Assembly (NCBI GenBank): GCA_001643675.2
Contig: LSRY02000047.1
Coordinates: 725,623 to 789,622, forward strand
DNA length: 64,000 bases
Source of the DNA: Monocercomonoides exilis PA203
Lineage: Eukaryota > Protista > Preaxostyla
Direction of reading: 5' to 3'
The translations under genes and the position numbers were made by a program. Of the stretch, positions 11,656 to 27,453 are shown piece after piece (position 1 is the first letter of the stretch; each line of letters starts with the position of its first letter). Under the pieces are notes generated by a model. It saw nothing but the letters and a program-made list of their open reading frames with translations. It was not told the origin of the DNA and searched no databases.

Positions 11656-14600
11656 ATGGATTTGATTTCTTGCGTTGAAAGAACGTTAAGTCCAGGTTTG
11701 TAATTTTCTTTAAAATTATTAACATTAACTTACAATTTTTTCATGAAAGATCCAAATGTTAGGAATCCGGCGTATCAAACTTTGATTCAGATGCAAAATG
11801 CTGATTTTGTTTGAAGAATATAAACTTTAATCTTTAAAGATTTTATTCATTTAAATAGCCTAATTATATACTTATGCTTTCACAAATACTTTCAGATGAA
11901 ACAAAGCTTTCAAATGTTAGACAAAATTCAGGAATTATTTTGAAAAATGCAATTGGTCTTCAAGTATAACTTCTTTTAAAAAATTTTTATTGCATTCCTT
12001 TGCAATTCATATGTTTTTTTAGAACGAAGCTGGACAATCTAAGTGGATTCAAGCAGGTGATTCGACTCGAGGCGCTATTAAACAAAATATTTTTAAAACT
12101 CTTGCCTGCTCTGTTAGAGATGCTTCAAAAACTGCGAGCCTCGTCTTAGCTGCAATAGGAGTGATTGAGATACCGCTTGGATTGTGGGAATCATTAATTT
12201 CTGATATTGCAGGAGCCATGAAAGCAGATAATCACATGTTAAAAATTTCTTTGCTAACAGCACTTGGATATCTCTGCCAAGATTCGGTCTGATTCAAAAA
12301 AGTTACAGCTTGTTATTGTGATTTCTAATTCATTGTAATTAATGTTCATTTTCACTGTGGGATATATGTTCCTCGCAACAATAATTTCAGGATGAAGATG
12401 CCTTAACTCGGTTTAGTGGAGCAATTCTTGGGGCCGTCATGAGCGGAATAGAGTCTCAACAGCCTCTGCCTGTTCGAGAGGCAGGCTGTCAAGCACTTCT
12501 CAATGCGCTTCCTTTCGTATCTCGCAACATGTCAAATGACACAGAACGCTCATTTCTTATGAACACTATCTGCGACCTGACAAAGCTCGGGCTCGGAAGC
12601 AGTGCATCGAGCGTGGCTGTGGGGTCGCCGGAGTGGCTGAGCCTGCGGAAGATGCGAGAGAAAGGCTACGAGTGCCTGGTGCTCGTCTGCGACAAGTACT
12701 ACGAGTACCTCCTGCCGTACATGTCGCGCATATTCGAGGCCACCATTGAAGCCATCCGCGGCCGGCACACACCGCCCCCACCCGCAGAGGGGGAATACGC
12801 CGCGAACAACGAGGAGATCCTCCTTCTGGTGCTGGACATGTGGCTGATGATCGGTGAGCGGGAGAAGGACCTCGAGGAGCGCGAGCGGAACCGCCTAGAG
12901 GACGACCCGGAGGCTGTGGAGGTGGGCGAGACAGGGAGCGGGATGTATGCCAGCAGCTCCACGCCAGCCAACATGGGAGGGATGCAGCTTGGCGCAGTCG
13001 AAGTGGACGGCGACGGGAACCCGGTGATCAAGTCACTGGGCCTGTGCAAGATGGCGTGCAGCTCGCTGCTGCCGGAGATCCTGCCGGTTTTTCTGGACAT
13101 CAGCGAGAACACATTCACAGCAGAGAACTGGAACCCGGTGCACGGAGCAGAGGCCGTGCTGGAGTACCTGGTCGTGCACAACGGAGACACTGTGCTGTCG
13201 ACGGTGAACCAGTTCATAGCGAGCGCTTTTGCGAGGGGGGATTGGAAGGGCGCTGATGCTGCCATCCGCGCCTTTGGCTGCCTGCCCCTCGCTTGCTCGG
13301 ACGATGCGATGAAGCCGCTGGTTGACTCGGCGCTGCCGAAGATGTTCCAGCTGTACTTCACACAGCCCACCACTGCTGCTGCTTCTTCTGTCCCTTCAGC
13401 TGCGCCTGGCACACTTGCAATGAACGAGGACGCGGCAGCTATTCTGAAGGAGACGATTATCGCAGCCATCTCAAAAGTGGTGTGTGGCTGTGTGCTGTTA
13501 GCAGCGCCGTTCCTGTCAGACATCGTGAGAGTGCTCGAGGTGGCGCTGGCAGACAGCGACTCCGATGTGGTCGAAGGGGCGTGTCAGTGCACAGCGGACA
13601 TTGCGAACATCGCACTGAAGATTCTGGCGGATGACAGCGACGACGACGATATTGACGAGGGAGATGGCGCTGCCTCAGACACGAGCGTGCCTTCGGCGAG
13701 TGTGCAGATAGCTGCATCGATCGAAGCGACGGCGCAGCAGACAAACTTCATGTCCGGGGTGATTGCGAAGCTGTTTGACCCGGTCCTGCAGAAGGCAATG
13801 AACGTGCAGTCGTTCGGAGGCAAGTCCACAGCAGTGGCGTGGAACGCAGCGAATCTGATGCTGAATTCAGCTGCTGCTGATGCCATCCCGTTTGTGTCGA
13901 CGAGAGTGAAGATGGTGCTCGATGCGGCAGGGCAGCAAATGCAGGAGAGCCTGGCACGTATTCAGCAGCAGCAACAACAACAACAGGGGCAGCCAGTTAA
14001 AGGTTTGGGTTGGATTTTGTTGAAAAACAAACTTTTTTTTCTTGCTTATAAACTTTCTCTTATTTTTTATAAAATCTCTTGTAATAATATTTCTTTATTT
14101 ATTTATTTATAACATTTCCCCCCAAATGATTATATTTTATTTTCAAATTCACTTTTTATTTTTTCTGTCTTTCTCATTCAACTCCATTTATCTCTCCACA
14201 CATTCACATATCCACATATCCACATATCCACATATCCACATATCCACATATTTACAACCACAGACCAGCTCCTGGAAGCCGAAGAGACGCAATATCGCGA
14301 GTACCTCATGTTCCTCTCCTCAGCCGTGCAGAAGCTCGCATCCTCATCTCCACTCCTCCTCACCCCTTGTTTCGAAGCAGCTGTCCGCGCGCTGTCGCTG
14401 CCGATGGACAAAGTGAACGAAGAAGCGCTCGCCCTTCTCGAAGGCATCTCTGACGCCGAAGAATCGAACTTCCTCGCACGCCTGCCGGCATGCATGCCCC
14501 ACCTGACCCGATGCATCCAGATGATCGAGTACGACGACATCGTCATCACTGCCTGCAACACCGTCGGCAGCGTCGTCCGCTCCTCTGACGGAAAAGGAAG

Positions 14601-15399
14601 AGAGATTCTTCAGCAGTTCCTGCCATTCATCGTGGAGCAGATCACCAAGATCTCAGCAGCCATCTACCCAATCCCTCAATACACTGACCCCTTTGCTGCT
14701 CCTTCTGGCGCTTCTTCTGCTTCTCCCGCCACTGCCTCCCCTTCTGTTTCTTCCAATGGATTGCCTCCTCTCCCTCCAGAATGGGTCTCTCTGTCTGCAC
14801 TGTCGTCGTACCTGAGTCTCTTCTTCGACTACGCCCTTGAATGGAAAGCAGCCATTTCACAATACATCCCTCCGCTCTGCCCGCTCTTTGCAAAAGCTGC
14901 GTGTGTCTGTGGCTGGCCGTCGCCGCAGGGCTCGCAGGAGAAAGTCGACCTGCTCCGCTCCTCTGCGCTGGAGTGCTTCTCAGCTGCCTTCCACGCGCTC
15001 AACCCGAAAACGATGGGCTCTTCTCCAATGCCAACTGCTGTGACGGAAGAAACGATTGTGCAGCTGGTGCGGCTGCTGTCGGCGTATGCGTACCAGGCGA
15101 TCTCTGCACTTCTTGTTCTGAATTCTCCCCGGCCATCCACTCCACAGGCGCCACAGCCTGCTTCGTATGCGGCTGCGGTGGCTCTCCCGCAGAATGCGCT
15201 GGGAGGCCAGACAATGGCGAAGCTGTGTGCGCTGCTGCTGGACATGGCACAGACGGTGCCGGGTTCTGCAGTCTCGGTGTGCTCGAACAGAGACGTCGTT
15301 GCGTTTGTGCTGGCGCATGTGAAGGACGAGGACCCGGAAGTGAAGAAAGCGGCGAGGAGCGCGAGAAAGGCGATTAGATCGCTGAAAATCAAAATATGA
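11656..15399 (+). CDS. KPNB1: Importin beta-1 (karyopherin beta); multi-exon HEAT-repeat protein
   Basis: IBN_N-like start MDLISCVERTLSPDPNVRNPA..VRQNSGIILKNAI; AAIGVIEIPLGLW, LTALGYLCQD, VREAGCQALLNALPFV..N....ERSFLMNTICD, YECLV....YYEYLLPYM, DWKGADAAIRAFG. Confidence 0.88.
14205..14250 (+). repeat. Intronic 8-bp tandem repeat (TATCCACA), about 5 copies
   Basis: Visible directly in the last importin intron. Confidence 0.85.
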
Positions 15400-15765
15400 A
15401 TTTATTTATGTCATTTCAGAATTTTTTTTTTGTTGACTTTATATTGAAATTCATAAAAATAAATAATATATATTTCAATTAACTTTAAATTAACATTTTT
15501 TATGATTATAAGTGGATTGCATTCTATCCTGCTTGTTAGAGTTTAATGTTAAAAAGGAAAATTGATTTTCAATAATAATTAATGTAGTGATAATTAAGAA
15601 ACTTGATTTTTGGATAATTTTCTTTTTCAAATTGCCACATTTTTTACAAAGCAGTGAATGCTCTTTTCAATTGAAGATTCATTTTCTTTTTCTCAATCAA
15701 CTCTTTCAAAAAAATAAACAATGTTATGGTCATCATTTGATCAATTTATTTATTTCTTCCTAAAA

Positions 15766-17169
15766 ATGGATTTGTCTAAGCTTATTAGTCAAATGCAACC
15801 ACAAGCACAACAAGGAATGGACGAGCCAGTTCCTGATGTTGGGGAAACAATTACAATTTCTTCTTTGGCACTGCTTAAAATGCTTAAGCATGGAAGAGCA
15901 GGTGTTCCGTTGGAAGTCATGGGACTAATGCTCGGCTCGTTTGTAGATGTATGTACCTTTTTGTGGTGCGTTTATTCATATTTATATATCTATTTTATAT
16001 TTTGTTTTGAAGGATTACACCATCCGCGTTGATGATGTTTTTGCTATGCCTCAGAGCGGGACAGGAGTTTCAGTTGAAGCTGTTGATGAAGTATTTCAGC
16101 AAAAGATGATTGATCTTCTTAAACTTACAGGGCGTACAGAGGTTGTTGTTGGATGGTATCATTCTCATCCAGGTTTTGTATTTGTTTTTTCTTTCATTTC
16201 CAGCAAATAATAAGAATATTTTTAAATGCAGGTTTTGGTCCATGGCTTAGCGGAGTGGATATGAATACTCAGCAGGTTTGTACTGATGTTTGGAGGTCTT
16301 TTTATTTCTCCGTATATTTTGTCATTCAGAGCTTTGAGAAATTACACCCTCGCGCTGTCGCCGTTGTTGTTGATCCTGTACAAAGCGTAAAGGGTAAAGT
16401 TGTTATAGGTATGAAATAATTTATCGCAAGATTTAATTATTTTCATCTCGTATCTGCAATTTTCTTCAGATGCATTTCGCCTCATCCCACAAATGACCAT
16501 GATGACTGGAGCAGAGCCGCGTCAAACCACATCTAACATAGGGCATCTTGCGCGTCCATCGCTTGTTGTATGCCTTTGCTTTGTATTTTAAGATTTATCC
16601 TCCTAATTTTATAAATTTTCTAAAACATTTCAGGCTCTTGTTCATGGATGCGGGAGGCAATATTATTCAATGCCAATTGAATTTAGGAAGAATACGCTTG
16701 AAGAGCAAATGTTGTTGAATTTGAAGAAAAAGGAATGGATAGAAGGAATGAAAATTGCAAGTTTCACGTCAATTGAAGATGATAATGAAAAGAGAATGAA
16801 GGTTATTCTTTTGAGTTTTTTTTCATAAAACATTCATTTTATTTGTTTTTTTATTATTACACATAAATCACATTTATATGAATATATTCTTTTTATTTAG
16901 GAAATGGTTTCTCTTGCCGATTCATTTAACAGGAGAATTATTGAAGAAACATCTGCAATTATTGAAAAACGTCAAGAAAAACAAGGTTTGAGCTTAATTT
17001 TTCAAATTTAGATTCATCAAGGAAAAAATATTATCTTTGTTTCAACACAGAATTGGCGATGGTTGGAAAAGTTGATCCAAAAAAGCAGCTTGACACAGCC
17101 GTCTCGCAAACAATAGAAACAAATTTAAGTCAAACACTTGGAGTAATGCTGTCAACTGTCGCTTTCTAA
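15766..17169 (+). CDS. RPN11: 26S proteasome lid deubiquitinase Rpn11 (JAMM/MPN+); multi-exon
   Basis: [94 protein letters not shown]; stop TAA at 17167-17169. Confidence 0.97.
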
Positions 17170-17417
17170 ATTCATTTCACTTTCATTTTTTTTTTTCCTT
17201 TTATTTAAGTTTTTGGTAATTATTGTTTGATTGATAAATGTATTTCATGCTTTTTCAACTTCAAAAAAAAATTAAAGGGATATACTATTCTTAGAAAGTT
17301 AAACCAGGCTTGAATTCAATTCATAAATTAAAGAACATCTAAGAGAAAAGTGCATTTTTTAAAGAAGGAAGTGCAGTTATTCATGCATTTTTTCCATTTC
17401 AATAAAATGCAAAATTT

Positions 17418-17805
17418 TTGCTGTTTCTTCACAAATATCTTAAATCGTTGAGATTATTCCCAGAAATCCAAAGGTCACTGGAAGAGGAAAGGAGGCTGCT
17501 AAAGAGGAGGAGGGCAACAGTGGTGAGTTGCATTGAATTTGACAAGCAACAAGAGCGAGCATCACAAGAGCGAGTCTTGAAATTTGAGAAGATGGAAGCA
17601 GAAACTTCGGCTTCTTTTCATTAATAATGAATCTGATGAAGAGAGAGGGGTAAAAATTATCAGAAAAAATACATATGCATCAGATCTAGAAGATTGGTTT
17701 GACAAAAACACAGGTGAAAAGATTGATGACAATTGTTTAAAAATCTCTCAGGGATTGAATAGTCCAAATTCAACAAAACAAAAAGATAAATTGGAAGATA
17801 TCTAA
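17418..17805 (+). CDS. Possible small hypothetical gene (two overlapping ORFs, structure unresolved)
   Basis: Purine-rich, coding-like ORFs 17418-17624 and 17584-17805 in different frames; no recognisable domain. Confidence 0.3.
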
Positions 17806-17925
17806 TGATAATTTACAAAAAGAAAAGTTGAACACTTTTGGCCAATTATAGTTCATTTACTTCGAAGACATTTCAATATTTTTTCTCTTCAAATTTTTTT
17901 TTACAAAACGCCCTTAATATTTAGA

Positions 17926-18549
17926 ATGTCAAAACGAAAACAGTTTGTATTTTTCTTTTTTCTTTTTATTTGAAAAGAATGTAATTAATAAAATAATCCT
18001 CCTTTCAATTTATTTTTTATGATAAATTAAACTTTGTTAAACTTTGTTTTCTTCCATTCTAACAACATATTTGGTTTAATTTATAATTTTCGTTTTTTCA
18101 GGTCAACAGAGTCTGTCATTCGTCAGCTTCTTGTCGATACAACAGTACTTACAACAAAACTTGAATCCCAATTGGCCTTGTATGGAATATTTCCGATTTT
18201 TTTTTTAATCAGTTATTTTGAATTTTTTATTCTTAGCTTTGATTTGGGGGGAAAGGAACGAATGGGCAGAACAGCAATGGGTTCCACAGGAGTATCAGGA
18301 AATTCTTGTTATGATCCTAATACTACCAGATATTCTGAGACAAGTCAAGATACTCCTCATGAAGAAGATGAAGGAACATACGAGCAGACTGATGAAAATC
18401 AAGAGGAACAAGTTGAAGAGCAAGGTGAAAATCAAGAACAAACAGAAGAACAAACGGAAGAACAAAACACAGAACAGCAGGACACACAACGAGATGAAAA
18501 TGCAGCAGGAGAAATGGAGGATGCACAAGAAGGAGGTGAAGAGCAGTGA
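17926..18549 (+). CDS. Small hypothetical protein with an acidic E/Q-rich tail; 3 exons
   Basis: Splicing at GT-AG sites gives MSKRKQSTESVIRQLLVDTTVLTTKLESQLA.FDLGG...EQQDTQRDENAAGEMEDAQEGGEEQ*. Confidence 0.55.
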
Positions 18550-18743
18550 AACTTCTGAGCATTTCACAATAAAAAAAGCACTTATTCTGATTTTCTCACT
18601 TCATTTATTTCATTGTTTTATTTTGCAACGAACAATATTTTTTCAAAATGATATTTTCCAAAAGATAATTTCAATTTTAAAAAATTTTACTACCAAGCAG
18701 CTATTCGATAATAATGATCATTTCCCATACTATAGTAAAAGAA

Positions 18744-22569
<3,826 letters not shown>

Positions 22570-22988
22570 GTTAGACCAGAAAGATTGAAGGACGTTATTC
22601 TTGTGCATTAAAGAAAGAGTGCAAGACTCGATGTTTTTCATATTATTCTCATTTTTTGGTAAATGATTTTAAATAAACTTTTTTTTCATTAAAATGGATT
22701 GAAACAATGTTTCTTTAATCCTAATAAAAAATTAATTTTCAAGCAAGTGTATTTTCAAATTATTGTTTTTCATGAAACATGAAAAAATAAAGACAAATAA
22801 AAACTTTATTTCCTCAAGTAGTTTGACAAATCAATCAAAATTCCAAGCAAAAAGCGAACAAACAAAATGCAGTTTTAAAGTGCAAAAAGGAAAATGCCAA
22901 CGCGGAAAGAACTTCCTTCGTAACACGTAGAAAGTTTTCCTTTCAGAAAATAAAATCAAAATATTTTCATTCACCCATCCAATTTATT

Positions 22989-23831
22989 CTATTTATCAAG
23001 AAACAGCTCCAAGAACTTCATTTCCTTCTCGTCCAGAGAAACATCAAAATTCAGGGCTTTCAGAAGAACAATTTCAGAAGATGCAACATCTGAAAGTGAA
23101 GCATTAAAAATGTGAGCCCAAGATTCATTGCTAAAAGGTTTGTCGGTGCTTATTTTATGGCTAAGCATCACCCCAACGACAATTGACATCGAAAGAGTGT
23201 CTAAAGTCACTCGAAATTTTGATTCTAAAGGGGCATTTCGCACAGCCTTATCAACTAAAAGAAGTCCGTAAATAACCTCACTAATTCTAATTCCAAAAGA
23301 TTTTCTCATTTTTTGAAAGATGTGTCTTGAACTGGATTTATGTGAATAGTATAATTCTTTTGTAAAGTATTCGTTAAATTCTGGAACAAGCAACTCCTTG
23401 CTACTATTTGTTAATAAATGCATCCTTCCTGACCCAAATGTTTGTTTTGAAAATTCAAGAATCGATGAACTTAATAAGTTATCTTGTGAAGCATATTTGT
23501 CGAGAATAATGGTCGAAAAAGCAACAAATGATGCCAATCTTCGAAGAATGGATAAAGAGGCAATTTTTTCATCGAAAAATGGAAAATGATTATTTAATAT
23601 ATGAGATGTTTTTATTAAATCCGACATCGACATTAAACGAATTCTTTTTGAAGGCTTAAAAGTGACTTGTTGAATATGAGAAGATTTTTTGCTGAAGCAA
23701 TGACACATGGAAACATGGTCATTTGTAGTTAATGAAATTAATCCATATTTCTGAGTAACATCATAAGATTCACAACAAAATTGAAGATGTGCTGAAAATA
23801 ATGTTTCTAAAGGAAATAAATCCAAACTCAT
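22989..23831 (-). CDS. Cyclin, PHO80/P-type (cyclin-N box at the C-terminus); intronless
   Basis: VIYGLLLVDK...GVMLSHKISTDKPFSNESWAHIFNASLSDVASSEIVLLKALNFDV matches the P/U-type cyclin pattern K..D....N..WA.....L..LN..E...L..L.F.L. Confidence 0.75.
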   Translation of the reverse strand: MSLDLFPLETLFSAHLQFCCESYDVTQKYGLISLTTNDHVSMCHCFSKKSSHIQQVTFKPSKRIRLMSMSDLIKTSHILNNHFPFFDEKIASLSILRRLASFVAFSTIILDKYASQDNLLSSSILEFSKQTFGSGRMHLLTNSSKELLVPEFNEYFTKELYYSHKSSSRHIFQKMRKSFGIRISEVIYGLLLVDKAVRNAPLESKFRVTLDTLSMSIVVGVMLSHKISTDKPFSNESWAHIFNASLSDVASSEIVLLKALNFDVSLDEKEMKFLELFLDK

Positions 23832-24125
23832 AAGAGTTTTGGTTAAGAAAAAACATTTTTGATAGAACATTTCGTTCTCAAAAATGATAAGCAATTAAAG
23901 TACAAAATGTGACGTAATAAAAATCTAAAGACAATAAAAGAAATAAATAATGGTATGAAATAAATAAATAAATAAATAACGATATATGCGAAATTAAAAG
24001 TGAATAAATAGGTATATTGAGTTATGCAGTCTACTCGCCATTTACATGGTGGTGCAGTTTTACCTCAAAATACCATTTATAAACCAAAAAGAGAGTGATA
24101 ATTGTTCATTAATGCTAAATTCTAA

Positions 24126-24982
24126 CTAATCTGTTTCGCATCCTAATCCTTCACTGACATAAGATGTATAAATGCTCATTGGGTTCAATAGCTGCTTGTG
24201 CCGAGGAATAAATGAAGCGGTGTGCAAATGATACGTTTCTTCAATATGCTCTCTCAAAAAAGAAGCTGTAACAAGTATAAATGGGGTCTCTGGAGATTTA
24301 GCAAGGAGAGACACTGTTTCCAAAAATGATGCTGTTGTTTCCTTGTTTCTATGCAAATTCATAAAATTATTTGGGATAGAAAATTGAAAAATTGCAAACA
24401 ATCTTGGAGGATCACAAATCACAAAATCAAAATGATGATGGTATTTTTCTGGGATCTCTAAGTTCTTATCGCAATCATAAAAACAAAATCTGTCTTCTCC
24501 AAAATCGTTCTCAAAGCGTGTGTCATATTCAAAAAGAATTACTTGATTTTCAACTTTCATCTCCTGTTTTGAAATAATTCAGTAATTCCTCATATTTGCG
24601 AATGAAAATCATACGTCAAGAGTGACAAATACACTAGGCGCGGAAACAACAGCGATCGAGCCACCTTTGCTCATTTTTATAACTTCTTTTGATAAAGCAC
24701 TTCTTGTTTCTGGCTCATACTTTATAGTCAGCAGATAAAGAGAAAAGAATTAAAGTTCAAATAATAAAACTAAAATGAATATTTTAAACCCAGAATTGTG
24801 CAAGGCTAAATTAAAGAATGAATAAAATGAAAAATATTGTTTTATAATTGATAAAAACACCTCCAGTCTTCTTTAGACGGATCCATAACTTCAGCGGACT
24901 TCTCTTGAAGAAACTGCTGTAGAACGGCAAGAGTTTCTGGAGATAGTTCCGTAGAATAGTCTTTTTCTGTTTGCTCAGACAT
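24126..24982 (-). CDS. EEF1AKMT1: EEF1A lysine methyltransferase 1 (N6AMT2/Efm5); multi-exon
   Basis: LSPETLAVLQQF, EDWSLAQFWY (spliced through a 16-nt micro-exon), IAVVSAPSV, LFEYDTRF...FCFYD, FDFVICDPP, FIPRH. Confidence 0.9.
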
Positions 24983-25052
24983 TCTTATGGGTAATCAGGA
25001 AAATAAACATTATTAAGATTGAACAATAAGAATTGCTTTTCATTTAAATTAC

Positions 25053-26266
25053 ATGGAAGATTTTGTTTCTCTTTTGTCATCCATTCAAAGACAGTATTTG
25101 TCACTCACTGGTGAGGTAATGAATTATTTGTAAAAAATTAATGATTATCATTTAATTCTTTGAAATAGCGCAAAGCAAAACTTGACGAATGTCAAGAACT
25201 TGATTCGCAAATACAAAGTGAGTCAGAGCTTGCAGGGCTGCTTCTAAATAGATTTCATGATATCGATTCAAAATATCGTAAAGAACAGGTTGTATTGGAA
25301 GAAGAAAAACTTAAATTTGAGTTGGCAAAATTAGAAAATGAATCATTAAGCCAAGAGTACAACAACATTAAAAGTCAAATCGATGAATTAACCAGAACTG
25401 AAATGGATAAAAGGTTTTTAAATTTTTTCAAACTTTGTGCGCTATTTTTTCAAATGTTCTTAAGTGAAGCGTTCTTAAAGCAATTAGAATTATTTACGGA
25501 ATGTTGTGACGAACCGTTTTTAGAAAATGAAGAGAAAGATGAAACACGACTGAATTTATTATCAACTCAGCTTAATTCAATGGAATCGGAATTACAAGAT
25601 CTCGAGGTTCAATGGATGGAAGCAGCTGAGTATCGATCGACAATAAATATGCTACAAAAGCTGCAAATTGAATTTGCGGGAAAAGATAAAGAATTAGCAT
25701 CTTTCAAACAGAAAGTGGAGAGTGCACAAGCAGAACGCGAGCAAGCAAATCGCGACTATAATGCAATTCAAAATCACGTAAAAAATTGGTATTTTTACTT
25801 ATTTTTATGTTAATATTCAATGAAAATGTTTTCAACTTGAAATTTTAGGGAAGAACTGATGACGAAAAGTGTTCAGCTTTCAAAGCGTGTTGATGAAATG
25901 GAAATGTTGGTTGAAAAGACAGCCGAAGAGGGAAGATCTTTGGAGGAAACACTGAAAGAAGCTGAAAATGAATTGTGCATTTTAAACGAAAAAATTGAAA
26001 AAGTCGTCAAGAAACGTCAAGAACTTCATCATGAAACATTAAGAAAATGGAAGGATGATGATGTTGAAGCAATAGATGAAACTGAAAATCCAAAAGATGT
26101 TTCGCAAAAGGACAAGTTTACATCTCCAAATACCTTTAACAAATATTCTTTTCCTTTACGAAACATTCCTCAAAAAGGAGATAATAAACTTTTTCAACCG
26201 AAAAGAATTGAATATTCTAATGGCTTTTCAGATAGTTTTTACGATTCAGAACTTGAAGTGATATGA
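25053..26266 (+). CDS. Coiled-coil hypothetical protein; multi-exon
   Basis: E/K/L/Q-rich heptad ORFs 25295-25813 and 25859-26266, with short upstream exons from ATG 25053. Confidence 0.65.
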
Positions 26267-27453
26267 CATAGTTTAGTGATTGTATTCTTCTTTTTTAATA
26301 AATTATTATTTATTTTTTTTGAAGTTCCAAAGATTCATTAAAAGAGAAAATATTCATACAAAATTTTGAATTTATAACATTATTTTTTTTTTCATATTTT
26401 TTTTGTTGGACATAGTTAAAAATAGGTAAAAATAAGAAAAAGAAAAGAAAAGAAAAGAAAATTTTCTCAAATGATATGTTAGAAAAAAACTTTTTGCACT
26501 TTTTTTTATGTTTCTTAGTGTATGAGATTGAGCAATTTTTTTTTTTTTTTTTTTTTTTCTTGGATAAATGGGTAATTCTTTTTGGGATCATACTTTTTCT
26601 GTCAAAATTTTCGGTCTGATTTTTTTCGGTTCGAAAGTTATCAACATATGAAGAATATGAACGGAAAACATCTTAAAATCAATAAAGATAAAATCTCTCG
26701 TGAAACTCTTCGAAATCCTTTATTTTTAACTTGAATGGTCGCATTTTATCATAATTTTGAAACATTGACATTTTTTTTTTCATTCATTTTCTATTATTCT
26801 TGAATTACAAATGTTATCATGATAATATTTTAAAACATGTCACAAACTTCATTTGGTCGACAATTTTTCAGATTTAAAAAGTTATGTATTTTGATCTCAT
26901 AAGAATTACAATTGCTGATTTTTGGTGAATTAGAGTTTTTTCTTTTTGATCCATCTTGAAAATAGATGTTTATAAAATTTACAATGAATGTTTCAATTCT
27001 TTTTCGAGAAAATTAAATATTAAGATACGTATATAAAATTTTATTCGATCAGAAATTTTCAAATCTCAGAATTGATATCAACGTTTTGTATAAGCTTATT
27101 CATCTCACTGAAATTTGAGCAAAAAAGCATTTTTATAATTGGTTGTTTGTAATTTGTTTTTTCTTAAAAGTTTAATTTATTTTTAGATTTTTTGAATTCG
27201 TTTTTTTGTTGCAATATTCTCAAAAATATAACTTCTGCATATAACTTTTACAACGATAAGTGAATTTTCAGAGGGAAATATTTCATGTTGTCAATAACAA
27301 TTTTGAACATTTTTAATTAGACGATGAAGAATATTTAGCCGGAAGGAGTAAGTGAATTGAGTATTTGAAAGAGTTCAAGAATAGTTAAAAAATGAAGTTA
27401 AACAAGATGTTGTTATTGAATGGGGTGTATTTGAAGAAGTCATCCAGAAAACA

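Noticed and set aside
12550-15392. Many antisense and alternate-frame ORFs over importin-beta, and similarly over 27.4-31.9 kb
   Set aside because: These are shadow ORFs caused by GC-rich codon usage on the coding strand.
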